Positions 39,101-48,006 of a stretch of DNA of 64,000 nucleotides are shown here, one piece after another (position 1 is the first letter of the stretch; each line of letters starts with the position of its first letter). The notes under the pieces were generated by a model, which saw nothing but the letters and a program-made list of their open reading frames with translations, was not told the DNA's origin and made no database searches. The translations under genes and the position numbers were made by a program. Origin of the DNA: Spirochaetia bacterium (GTDB lineage: Bacteria > Spirochaetota > Spirochaetia > UBA9216); NCBI GenBank assembly GCA_963677925.2, contig CAXXYH010000004.1, forward strand, positions 2,080,001-2,144,000, given 5' to 3'.

Positions 39101-39159
39101 ATAATCAGCGTAACACCAAGATTCTTGAACTTAAGGAAAGGATTGACAGGACCAGATGA
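36121..39159 (+). CDS. Large exported TPR/helical protein
   Basis: Signal-like IILLIILLLNSALAFSGG; TPR-like helices throughout; probable TTG start at 36118 or 36121 after CAGAGG. Confidence 0.78.
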   Translation: MKSAAGTLKIILLIILLLNSALAFSGGRQEGSVNQLAEAEELINQRQYNQAVLILSGMLKTSPDKLDEIQELLNRVRTEKELYNDRYEELLLTYGGDDVEAAYPIIKDLEDMDPDPNEATRESLVLARETAGFVFNNNRYNDIMEEAAGHMAAGQLTQAVNTYMSGFDLSRDIFNDAGYGNIIMNDVYEHTNQMDELSREFLTIYTALASSLGNETAVFDRRDLAEYPRTTAPILENLTRSIEIKNLLDELAVYFLEQEENIRISRGDDKQVHYLVYMNRLLMGRTDAQSPEGIVGAVNVNNTGVAETIRSHAVLLVEEAYSDALSHYSAGRYEQAGAGFSTVMTLAESVVQTFAVWDTGYTSFSGEIPDPNEDEQLNTIISNQVNNETWYSAAESYNSLIDENLAYQDLKQQINSLENPADGEQIRSVLVNHDRIITNLGDQWDSEYQRLNTIASTGLSIGPSVETTSGMLNEISRMEDDLLVDEIILVAAMAEADLSDYEVTLRGLTGIKDEGILLIDGVPAEDQNAAADDTGENAEEIQILYKYPDRALESLLQIQPAITRLAADISGIQNFIAEERIEIRTGEPVREALTHADTLDNSTTELDNEVEELIARAREQIFTADRLRQEGERRIQESKTLTQQAQFPAAKERLEQAAQKFDDSLTYQEDSVLRDYRDNDIPRLYEEIQVAENNLVIRQVRQYLTEGKSYYSQGKFPSAQNVLIKAKNRWADTNVEENAEVEYWLTLTQTALSVTSGRTISQTDPLYSEMNQYLSQAQADFIQAKSLYDQGRGEDADFYFSRAEQSILYVQQFFPFNEEARVLNLRISQYRDPESFRELFNNDFQTARSLISTNPRKAYIDLKDLEAINATYPGLQSAITEAEYASGIKVKPPDTTKINRSIELYQLAYSIVSRNVRSEFNVALSYLDEAITLNPDNIEAIRLKDRISADVGGTATVVMSSADQQRYLEAVNEFSAGNYLKARIIVENLLQNPDNQRNTKILELKERIDRTR

Positions 39160-42100
39160 TGTGCAGCGGACTGTTAAGAAAATTATTTATTTTTCTCATT
39201 ATTTTCATAAGCACCGCTGCCGCAGTGTCAGCCCAGGATTTCTACTGGGAACAGCAGGAGGTTCTTGTTGATAACGCCGCGTATTTCAGCCGCTCTGCAG
39301 CCGGAACCGAGCTGATGGCTGCTGTCTGGCAGGATCGCATACGGGAAACTGAAAACGGAGCTGAATACGGACTTTCAATAATCACTTCGACAGACGGACT
39401 TGAATGGAAAACTAACAAGCGTTTCCTCGGTCCGTTTTCCTACACGGGCAAGGAGAATTTTTTCTTTTCGCTTGCGGTTAATAAACAGGATATAATTTAT
39501 CTTGCTGTTTCAAACGATGACAACAGTATAAGCCTCTACCAGTCCTCCGACGGCGGAACAAGCTTTACCGAAAATTTCCGTTCTGATCCCTTTCCTGTAA
39601 AAACCAGTCCACGGCTGTCGCTGCGCAGTGACGGCGGGATGATTCTTTTTGTTACTCAGGAATCCAATGTCGATGAGTTCGGTTCGCTGGGAATATACTA
39701 TTCGGTATCCGATAACAGCGGCAGCACCTGGTCTGAATTCAGCCAGCTTGCGCCCGAAGCTGATTTGAAGGGAAACTTTCTGCCTTCCCACACTTCGTTC
39801 ATGGGCCGGGAATACGTGGCCTTCCAGGCCTTTCATCTTGGAACCACTTCTACCTTCCAGCTCTACCTGAAATACAGTGATGACGGCGGCCACTCGTGGT
39901 CTGATGCCGTTTATATATCAGGCTTCGAGGATGATAACGATCTCTATGATGGCGATCCCTATGTTTTTGACAACCAGCGGCCTTTTCTGCTGGGAAATAC
40001 AAGCGGTGTATACCTTGCCTGGGAACGAGGATATGCCGGAAACAACCCGCAGATTTATTTTGCTGAGCTGAACCGCAATGGATCGGTCACCGGATTCCCC
40101 GAACAGGTAAGCGGTGGAATAGCCGAATGCAGAAATCCGAGAATGTCCTATTACCGGGGAATGCTCACGCTTATATGGTTCGACAACAGGGCCGGAGACT
40201 ACCATAATATAATAGCCAGGCGTGACGGTGCGTTCTGGAGTACCAATGATCTCAACTATATTACCGCCGGCTCGTCGGTATTCGGAAATCTCCTCGTCCG
40301 GCAGGATGATTTATTTGTCATGTGGGAAAACACCATCTCAGAGAGGACCCGGCTTGTGCTTCTTTCACCTGACAAGACTGTGTCTGCTCCTGTTCTAAGA
40401 GCTGCTGATTTCCGCGCATCAACCCCGGCTAAGCAGGACAGCTTTACAGTACGCTGGAATACACCTGATGATTCATCAGGCATTGCCGGCTATTCATGGA
40501 CTTACGACCGGGATGAAAACTCAAAGCCCCGCGAAAGCCTTATGATGCTCGATCGTAACCGCAGCATAACCGTTGATGCTGATGACGACGGTTCATGGTT
40601 TTTTCATGTCATTGCCCAGGACTATGCCGGAAACTGGTCAGACACATCAACAATAGAGATTATCCGCGATACAACACCTCCGGGGACGGTTACTTTTAAT
40701 GAGCCTGAAAAGGATGAGCGGGATACGCTTCTTTCCAATACGCTTGCCCTGGGCTGGGAGCCTCCGCCCGAGGAGGATGTAGCCGGATACAGCTATACGC
40801 TGCAGGCTTTAAGCGGCTGGACCTACAGCGGCGAACTCGATGTCTTCAGACTAAGAACCCCGTCGGGCACTGTGCAGACATCCGGAACAAGCTATTCCTT
40901 CAGAAACATTGACAACGGGCTGTGGGCACTGAATGTCCGCGCTATCGATAATGTAGGAAATGCAGGTGAAGCGAATACCCTGTATTTCAGGCTTAACAAG
41001 TACATTCCGGTTACCTATATTACCAGCATAAACAGTAAGAAGGATGAACTTGGGACTCTTACTCTAGAAATTACCGGTCGCGGATTTTCAGTTGGTGGTC
41101 TTATTGAAGAAGTTATACTCGATACAGACGGCGCCGAGCCTTATGACTATGTCTTTACAAAGGATACCGATCTCTACAATGTTGTTGATGATCGGTTTAT
41201 TAGAGGTCCGCTTCTTGAGGATATACTTGCAGGTACTTACCGTGTAGGTCTTATTCATCCGGAACGCGGACTGTATTTCACCAGGACCGGGATAACCCTT
41301 GAATCAAGCGGAACTGTAAAATTCGGTGATTTTTCGGTTATTCCTGTTCCTCAGTGGCAGGTGGTGGAACAGAAACGCTTCAATATTCCGTTTAATTATC
41401 TGCTGATGGCGGTAGTGCTGATTCTGCTTGTCTTCCTTTTTATTTTTACACTGCAGCGGGCCTTTGCTCTTGCTGCTGAAGGCCGGACTCTGCACAGGCA
41501 GGCAGTAGCCCTTATTGAAGGGCAGCTGCTTTCCGAAGAAGAAAAACAGGAGAGGATTGCTCAGATGGCTAAAATGAGAATGGGGCTAAGATTCAAGTTT
41601 GCCCTGTGGGTAACATTACTGGTAATGCTTATAGTCGGAATGGTTGCAGTTCCTGTTGCGGTTGTCACTTCGGATAATCAGCGTCAGATTCTGGCAACGG
41701 GACTTGAAGAGAGGGCTGAGGTTCTGCTGGAAAGCATTACCAGCGGTGCGAGGACTTTTCTTCCTTCAGACAACATTCTTGAACTTAACAACCTGCCTTC
41801 ACAAATGTCCGCAATGGGTAAAGATGCAGTCTCTGTTACAATTACCGGCCACGGAGATACAGCTGCAGAAGGATATCAGCCTGACAAGTTTGACTATGTC
41901 TGGGTAACCAATGACGGCTCACTTCCCGAAGAAGCCCGGGGAACAACGGGAGTCTATCTGATGGAGGATGAAATTTCCTCGATTACAGATGAGCTGTCGG
42001 CCTCTGTAAACGAGCAGGCCGCCTCACGGGTAGGGCTCATTGTTGATGAAATTCAGCTTCTTAATGAACAGGTCGAACCTCTAGTTGACCGGTTTATCAG

Positions 42101-43769
42101 AACCGGGGATCCTGAGGCAGAGGATGCAATCAATCAGATTCAGGAAGAACTGCGCAAGCTTGATACCGAGCTTAATGCAAGGCTGTATGAGATTGGTAAT
42201 ATCATTTCCAGCTATCCAAAGTATAACGCTGAAGAACTTGACCCGCTTATTACTAACTATATTTTCTATAAACCCGTTGTCTACAGGGTAACCGGAGATG
42301 ATGTTTATTACCGCGGTCTTGTCAGACTGGGCATATCAACAGAAGGAATCATCGGAAAAATCAAGGAATCAAGAGATCAGCTTATACTGATAATCAGCAT
42401 AATTGCCGCCGCGGCCATTGTTATCGGAATCCTCGGAGCCCTTGGTCTTGCCGCTATTATTATCAAGCCGATTAACCAGCTTGTACGCGGCGTTGAACTG
42501 ATTCGTGATACAGAGGATAAAGAAGAATTAAAGTCACATTTAATCAAGATAAAAACAGGCGATGAACTTTCGGTTCTGGCTGATACTGTAAACCAGATGA
42601 CCGCTGGCCTTGTCAAAGCCGCCGCGGCAAGTAAAGAGCTGAGCATCGGTAAGGATACCCAGAAGCAGTTTATTCCGCTGGACAAAGACAGCAAGGGAAA
42701 TCCGATGACTACCGGCAGGGAGGATAACAATGATATTTCCTTCTACGGATACTATGAAGGAGCAAAGGGGGTATCCGGAGACTATTTTTATTATCAGAAG
42801 ATAGATGAAGTTCATTATGCCGCTATCAAATGCGACATAGCCGGTAAGGGTGTTCCTGCCTCCCTGATTATGGTTGAGGTCGCAACCCTGTTTCTGAATT
42901 TTTTCCGTGAAAACAAGGTTAAACGCGATATGCGAGGAAAGCCGGTACCACCCGATATTTCTGCACTTACATACAGCATAAATACTATGCTTGAAGAACG
43001 AGGTTTTAAAGGCCGTTTTGCCGCCTTTACAATGCTGATAGTCAATTCGGTAACCGGAGAGATGAAGATCTGTAATGCTGGTGATACGACTCTTCATTAC
43101 TACGATGCCCAGCAGCGCAAAATGGTGGTTAAGGATCTGCCTAGATCTCCTGCTGCCGGAGCTTTTCCTTCCGATATGGTTGAGATGGGTGTGGGTTTTG
43201 TTACTGTCAACCATACGCTGAAGAAGGGTGATGTCCTTGTTCTCTTTACTGACGGTATTGAGGAATCAAAAAGCTATTTCAGGGATGCGGATTTTAATAT
43301 CAGGCTTTGTGACTATCAGGGCGGGGAAGGAGAGACCTTCCATGATGACAACCATAAGATCGGTTCAGATAACGAGGAATTCGGTGTTCCACGAATTCAT
43401 GACATGCTTAATGCTATGAAATCCAGGGGGAAATTCAGTCTTTCACATTACCACAACGATCCTATGGAAAACCAGACGCTTGATTTTGATTTTAATGACT
43501 GTGAAGATACTCTTGAGAACCTTGTAATTGCCGGAATTTCAGTTGAGAAAGTTTTCAGACTCATTCCTGATCCTTCAGCCGGTCCGGAAGATAAGGTCAA
43601 AGTAGACATTAAAGTAGATGAGTTTCTTAAAAAACACTTTGTTCAGTATTCCAAGTATTACAAGCATCGCCTTCCGGGTAAAGAAGATGATCAGTATGTT
43701 GTATACAGTCATATGAAAGAGGAAGATCAGTACGATGACCTGACGGTCCTCTGCATAGAAAAAAAATAG
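39156..43769 (+). CDS. Large transmembrane sensor: Asp-box propeller, Ig/FN3-like domains, TM helices, HAMP, SpoIIE/PP2C phosphatase
   Basis: SSDGGTSF, SDNSGSTW, SDDGGHSW Asp boxes; D.AGN motifs; HAMP KPINQL..DELSVLADTVNQM; PP2C SGDYF, CDIAGKG, CNAG, FTDG, DDLT. Confidence 0.88.
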   Translation: MMCSGLLRKLFIFLIIFISTAAAVSAQDFYWEQQEVLVDNAAYFSRSAAGTELMAAVWQDRIRETENGAEYGLSIITSTDGLEWKTNKRFLGPFSYTGKENFFFSLAVNKQDIIYLAVSNDDNSISLYQSSDGGTSFTENFRSDPFPVKTSPRLSLRSDGGMILFVTQESNVDEFGSLGIYYSVSDNSGSTWSEFSQLAPEADLKGNFLPSHTSFMGREYVAFQAFHLGTTSTFQLYLKYSDDGGHSWSDAVYISGFEDDNDLYDGDPYVFDNQRPFLLGNTSGVYLAWERGYAGNNPQIYFAELNRNGSVTGFPEQVSGGIAECRNPRMSYYRGMLTLIWFDNRAGDYHNIIARRDGAFWSTNDLNYITAGSSVFGNLLVRQDDLFVMWENTISERTRLVLLSPDKTVSAPVLRAADFRASTPAKQDSFTVRWNTPDDSSGIAGYSWTYDRDENSKPRESLMMLDRNRSITVDADDDGSWFFHVIAQDYAGNWSDTSTIEIIRDTTPPGTVTFNEPEKDERDTLLSNTLALGWEPPPEEDVAGYSYTLQALSGWTYSGELDVFRLRTPSGTVQTSGTSYSFRNIDNGLWALNVRAIDNVGNAGEANTLYFRLNKYIPVTYITSINSKKDELGTLTLEITGRGFSVGGLIEEVILDTDGAEPYDYVFTKDTDLYNVVDDRFIRGPLLEDILAGTYRVGLIHPERGLYFTRTGITLESSGTVKFGDFSVIPVPQWQVVEQKRFNIPFNYLLMAVVLILLVFLFIFTLQRAFALAAEGRTLHRQAVALIEGQLLSEEEKQERIAQMAKMRMGLRFKFALWVTLLVMLIVGMVAVPVAVVTSDNQRQILATGLEERAEVLLESITSGARTFLPSDNILELNNLPSQMSAMGKDAVSVTITGHGDTAAEGYQPDKFDYVWVTNDGSLPEEARGTTGVYLMEDEISSITDELSASVNEQAASRVGLIVDEIQLLNEQVEPLVDRFIRTGDPEAEDAINQIQEELRKLDTELNARLYEIGNIISSYPKYNAEELDPLITNYIFYKPVVYRVTGDDVYYRGLVRLGISTEGIIGKIKESRDQLILIISIIAAAAIVIGILGALGLAAIIIKPINQLVRGVELIRDTEDKEELKSHLIKIKTGDELSVLADTVNQMTAGLVKAAAASKELSIGKDTQKQFIPLDKDSKGNPMTTGREDNNDISFYGYYEGAKGVSGDYFYYQKIDEVHYAAIKCDIAGKGVPASLIMVEVATLFLNFFRENKVKRDMRGKPVPPDISALTYSINTMLEERGFKGRFAAFTMLIVNSVTGEMKICNAGDTTLHYYDAQQRKMVVKDLPRSPAAGAFPSDMVEMGVGFVTVNHTLKKGDVLVLFTDGIEESKSYFRDADFNIRLCDYQGGEGETFHDDNHKIGSDNEEFGVPRIHDMLNAMKSRGKFSLSHYHNDPMENQTLDFDFNDCEDTLENLVIAGISVEKVFRLIPDPSAGPEDKVKVDIKVDEFLKKHFVQYSKYYKHRLPGKEDDQYVVYSHMKEEDQYDDLTVLCIEKK

Positions 43770-43778
43770 GATTATAAA

Positions 43779-44102
43779 ATGCAGCGTTTTTTCTGCGATA
43801 ACTGCGGAACACTCGTAAACAAGAATGCCTCAAGGTGTCCGGGCTGCGGCAGGTTCTTCAGCCTGGTTAAGTGTCCGATGTGCGGCTATGCAGACCGCCC
43901 TGCTTTTTTTTCAAACGGCTGTCCGGTCTGCGGATATGCTGAAGAGAAGGGTGAGGCTGAATTCAGGTTTACCGCCCGGGACACTGATGACAAAAAAAAG
44001 AAGGAACACCGCCATCTTCCCGCAGCCTTCTACAAGGTTATCATTCCGATACTTTCATTTATTCTTGTCGGACTCGTTATCGCTCTTATAATGCTCATCT
44101 AA
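43779..44102 (+). CDS. Double zinc-ribbon protein with C-terminal TM anchor
   Basis: Four CxxC(G) pairs; hydrophobic C-terminus. Confidence 0.82.
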   Translation: MQRFFCDNCGTLVNKNASRCPGCGRFFSLVKCPMCGYADRPAFFSNGCPVCGYAEEKGEAEFRFTARDTDDKKKKEHRHLPAAFYKVIIPILSFILVGLVIALIMLI

Positions 44103-44732
44103 GTTCAGTACTGCCCAGACTGGATCTTCGGGAGGTTCACAGAAGAACTCTTTCTTTCCGCCGGCGGAGGGCAGACTGAATGACAGAAACCATGAATGAA
44201 GATGTATGCCTCCGCCCCTGTTTGTACGCCGTGCACCGTATTTAATATCGCCTTTTATATGCATTCCTTCTGCCGCCAGCTGTGAGCGTATCTGATGCTT
44301 TCTTCCGGTAAGCAGGTTAATTTCAAGGATTGAATATTTCTCAGTCGCACACTTGAATCTGTACTCAAGCTCAGCTTTTTTTGTTCCATTTGCGGGCACT
44401 TTGAGTGCACTGACCTTGTTGCCTCTGCCATCACGGATATAATGGACAAACCTGCCTGATTCAGATATTGGGGGCGAGTCTACAGCGCAGAGATATTTCT
44501 TTACTATGCCGCCGGAAGAAAGCTGCCTGGATAGTTCGGCGGCCGTCCGTCTGTTCCTTGCCAGCAGCATCAACCCCGATGCCGGAGTATCCAGACGGTT
44601 TACAGGATGCAGCTCTCCGTATTCCTTTCCAAGAATACTTAAAACCGAAGTTTCTCCCTTTTTACCCTGCTGCGACATCAGGCCGCAGGGCTTGTTTACA
44701 ACAACCACATTATTATCAGAATAAATTACCAT
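44055..44732 (-). CDS. RluA-family pseudouridine synthase
   Basis: VVNKP.G, NRLDTPASG, TGRKHQIRSQL, GDIKYG, LHS; start uncertain (44732 or upstream). Confidence 0.92.
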   Translation of the reverse strand: MVIYSDNNVVVVNKPCGLMSQQGKKGETSVLSILGKEYGELHPVNRLDTPASGLMLLARNRRTAAELSRQLSSGGIVKKYLCAVDSPPISESGRFVHYIRDGRGNKVSALKVPANGTKKAELEYRFKCATEKYSILEINLLTGRKHQIRSQLAAEGMHIKGDIKYGARRTNRGGGIHLHSWFLSFSLPSAGGKKEFFCEPPEDPVWAVLNLDEHYKSDNESDKNK

Positions 44733-44831
44733 CAGGTTAATTTTCTGTTTAACAGCCGATTTGTCAAGTACAAAGATTTGCAAAACATCAAAACTGAGCG
44801 TACAATAAAATAATTCTCAAAAGGGGGATTT

Positions 44832-45950
44832 ATGAAAAAATCAATCCGTTTGTCTGTGCTTCTTCTATTTTTATCTGCACTACCGGTGTTTGCCGGTGAT
44901 TTCAGTTTTGTTTTCGAAGATGCCAGGTTCCATTCTTCTTACTGGGGCGGTCTTGCACCTTTCTATGTTCGTGCAGGCGCTGGGTACACAGGTCTCAGCC
45001 TGATTGACGGGCAGCAGACTGAAATAGTTTTGGTAGGAGGCGGTGCGATTACGAGCAATAACCTCTGGACTGATGCTGATGGACTCCCTCTTGTTAAGGC
45101 TGTATCCAATTCTGACCTGACCACCAATATGTACAGCCGCTGGCAGTGGGATCTTGGGCTTGGGCTTATTCAGGGACTGTTTGCTGATCCCAAAAGAGCT
45201 AATCCGGTTTTAAGTGTGTATGCCAGGTATGATCTTCATAATGATAATCCTGCAGGTGATGATCTTAACTCAATACTTGAATCAAGTACTAATCAGTCCG
45301 CCTATCCTGATCAGGGCGGAGTTCTTACAAATTCGCTTAAATTCGGGGTTGAGTTCAACAGGCTGACAAAGGGAGATATCAATAAAGGCTACGGTGCTGA
45401 ATTGTGGACAGTTGTAGCCCCCTCATGGATGGGTAATGAAGTCTTAGGTGACAGTAATTTCTATAATATTGCCTTTGAGGCAAAAGCTTTTTATCCGCTG
45501 CTCGATATTAAAATGAAGAATTCAGAAAAGCAGCTTGTTGGAATCTACGCAGGCGATCGTATCCGTGCAGACTGGCTTGACGGCACAGCCATCCCAGAGT
45601 ATTTCCAGGAGCCGGTTACTCTGGGCGGTAAAATGAGAGGCTTTGAATGGAATTCCATGGGAACTCAGTTCACGGTAGTTAATAACTTTGACATCAGGGT
45701 CTATGGACTCGAGTTCATTGACAACACTAATCCGGTATTCAACGTATTTTTTGATATGGGTTATTTTGCTGGAAACTACTACAACACATCTGTCTCAGAT
45801 TCTGGTTTTGTAAGTTCAACAGGCTTCGAAGCTGCAATTAATATTATCGATTTTGCCCAGGTGGGCTTCTGTTTTGCCTTCCCTCTCACCGGTGAAAATA
45901 TGCGCCTGCAGGATATGACAACAGATATTATGTTTATGTATAAGTTTTAA
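44832..45950 (+). CDS. Outer-membrane beta-barrel, possibly Omp85-like without POTRA domains
   Basis: Signal peptide; alternating beta strands; LGGKMRGFE resembles the Omp85 (V/I)RG(Y/F) loop motif; FFDMG; C-terminal Y-x-F. Confidence 0.62.
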   Translation: MKKSIRLSVLLLFLSALPVFAGDFSFVFEDARFHSSYWGGLAPFYVRAGAGYTGLSLIDGQQTEIVLVGGGAITSNNLWTDADGLPLVKAVSNSDLTTNMYSRWQWDLGLGLIQGLFADPKRANPVLSVYARYDLHNDNPAGDDLNSILESSTNQSAYPDQGGVLTNSLKFGVEFNRLTKGDINKGYGAELWTVVAPSWMGNEVLGDSNFYNIAFEAKAFYPLLDIKMKNSEKQLVGIYAGDRIRADWLDGTAIPEYFQEPVTLGGKMRGFEWNSMGTQFTVVNNFDIRVYGLEFIDNTNPVFNVFFDMGYFAGNYYNTSVSDSGFVSSTGFEAAINIIDFAQVGFCFAFPLTGENMRLQDMTTDIMFMYKF

Positions 45951-45965
45951 TAACCAAAATCTTTC

Positions 45966-45997
45966 AAAAAAAGGGGGATTCCATTATAGAATCCCCT
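45966..45997 (-). terminator. Terminator of fadD
   Basis: A-tract followed by GGGGATTC..GAATCCCC hairpin. Confidence 0.7.
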
Positions 45998-46025
45998 GCA
46001 TCTTTAAAATCTAATTCCAATTTAA

Positions 46026-47930
46026 TTACCGGAACAGTTCCTTAATTTCGGTTTTATAGATTTTCTCAACCACATTTCTTCTAATTTTAAGCGAGTGGGT
46101 AAGTTCTACTCCGACCTCAAAGTCCTTCGGCAGTACCTTGAAACGGAATATTCTTTCAAAGGCTTTAAATCCGTTTTTAGCACTCACCAGGGCGTGCACT
46201 TCGTTCTGAATCAGCTCAATGATGAACGGGTTACTCACAAGTTCTTCTTTTTCAAGATAAGTAATTGCTTTTTCAATGGCCAGCTGTTCAAGAGCTTCAA
46301 GCTCGGGAATGATAAGTGCTGCAAGAAATTTCTGATCCTGGCCTACAACCATTGCTCTTGCAATGTAAGGCGACTGAGCCAGTTTATCCTCAATTGGAAG
46401 GGGTTCAACATTCTCTCCGCCGCGCAGAACTATTGTCTCTTTAGAGCGGCCAAGAATTTTAAACTCGCCGGTGTGGGTAAAGACGGCAATATCGCCGGTA
46501 TTAAGCCAGCCGTTTCGAAGAACCTCAGCGGTTTTTTCAGGCTCTTTGTAATAACCAAGCATTACCTGTTCACTTTTTACATGAAGCTCACCCTTGTAAC
46601 CAACGGGCATTATTGCGCCGTCTTTATTGATTACCCTGTATTCAATATCGGCCAGAAGCGGACCTACTGTATTGGGTATTGGTTTACTGTCCTTTCGGAC
46701 TGCAAGTATAGGGGCTGTCTCTGTAAGGCCGTAGCCCTCGAGAACTGATATCCCGACAGTCCTGAAGAATTTATCAATGTATGAGGGCAGTGCTCCGCCG
46801 CCTGAGATCCCGGCCTTGAACCGACCTCCGAGCTTCTGTTTCAGTTTTCCGAATACGAGTACATTTCCCAGCAGTTTGAAGGGGGTAAGCAGGGCAAGCG
46901 GTATTACACTCACCGCGATATCTACAAATCTGCTGCGTTTGGAAAACTGAGGAAGCATGCCCGAAAACATATCATAAAGATATGTATGAATCTCTCCTAC
47001 GCTGAGGAAGAAAAAGAAGAGTGCCTTTTTTGCCGGACTGCCGGAATTGATATTTCTCATTACGGCACTGTGAACACTTTCCCAGATTCGGGGGACGGAT
47101 GTAAGCCAGTGCGGTTTTACCTTCTGCATGTCCGGCATCATAACCGCACCCACAGGTTTAGAGAAAGCCGTAGCCAGTCCGAGAAAGACGCAGATGTACA
47201 TGCATGCCCTTTCGAATGAGTGCCATATCGGCAGTACAGACAGCATTACTTCTCCCGGAAGAAGGGCCAGATGCGGCCTTATTCTGTCAATCTGAAACAG
47301 GAAGGCCTTATGTGTCAGCATTACGCCCTTCGGATTTCCCGTTGTGCCTGAAGTGTAAATAATTGTAGCCATATCTTCACAGCTTCCAATTTCAACTTCC
47401 TTTTCGAAAAACTCGGGATTCTGACCGTAGGCTTCTGTTCCGATTTTTACAATGTCATCGAATGAAAGAATTTCTATCTTTTCGTTTTTTTTGAGTTTAG
47501 CGGTGCCGTCTGTATCAAAAAGTATTATCTTCTTTAGAACCGGAAGTTCTTCGGCTTTTGACAGTATTTTTTCAGCCTGAGTCGCGTTTTCTGCGAAGCT
47601 GATCTCACATTCAGCATGACCGAGTATATAGCCTATTTCATCAGCAGTGGAATCACAGCCTCTGGGAACATCCACCGCACCAAGCCCTGCAATACCAAAA
47701 TCGGTCATTATCCATTCTTTCCTGTTTTCAGAAATTATTCCGACATGATCCCCGCGTTTTACTCCGACAGCATTTAGTCCTGCTCCGTAAATTTTAAGAG
47801 CCTCCCAGAACTCGCGGTATGTCATGGGCTGAAATTCCCTGTTGGCATCTTTAATTAGAAAAATATTTAGATCAGCATATTTTGCAGATACAATTTTCAG
47901 TCTCTGGGCCAGTGTATCCTTACTAATCAA
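46026..47930 (-). CDS. fadD: Long-chain fatty acid-CoA ligase
   Basis: YTSGTTGNPKG, EGYGLTET, GWLNTGDI, GR.KETIV..GENVEP; TTG start after GGAGG. Confidence 0.9.
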   Translation of the reverse strand: MISKDTLAQRLKIVSAKYADLNIFLIKDANREFQPMTYREFWEALKIYGAGLNAVGVKRGDHVGIISENRKEWIMTDFGIAGLGAVDVPRGCDSTADEIGYILGHAECEISFAENATQAEKILSKAEELPVLKKIILFDTDGTAKLKKNEKIEILSFDDIVKIGTEAYGQNPEFFEKEVEIGSCEDMATIIYTSGTTGNPKGVMLTHKAFLFQIDRIRPHLALLPGEVMLSVLPIWHSFERACMYICVFLGLATAFSKPVGAVMMPDMQKVKPHWLTSVPRIWESVHSAVMRNINSGSPAKKALFFFFLSVGEIHTYLYDMFSGMLPQFSKRSRFVDIAVSVIPLALLTPFKLLGNVLVFGKLKQKLGGRFKAGISGGGALPSYIDKFFRTVGISVLEGYGLTETAPILAVRKDSKPIPNTVGPLLADIEYRVINKDGAIMPVGYKGELHVKSEQVMLGYYKEPEKTAEVLRNGWLNTGDIAVFTHTGEFKILGRSKETIVLRGGENVEPLPIEDKLAQSPYIARAMVVGQDQKFLAALIIPELEALEQLAIEKAITYLEKEELVSNPFIIELIQNEVHALVSAKNGFKAFERIFRFKVLPKDFEVGVELTHSLKIRRNVVEKIYKTEIKELFR

Positions 47931-48006
47931 ATTAGTCCTCCGGTCAAAAATGTATCTTTAAAGAATAACAGAACTGAGTCCGGTTGTCTATTTGAATTAA
48001 AGTTTT

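Noticed and set aside
42540-43214. 224-aa minus-strand ORF
   Set aside because: Antisense to the PP2C domain; no recognisable features.
46095-46748. 217-aa plus-strand ORF
   Set aside because: Antisense shadow of fadD.
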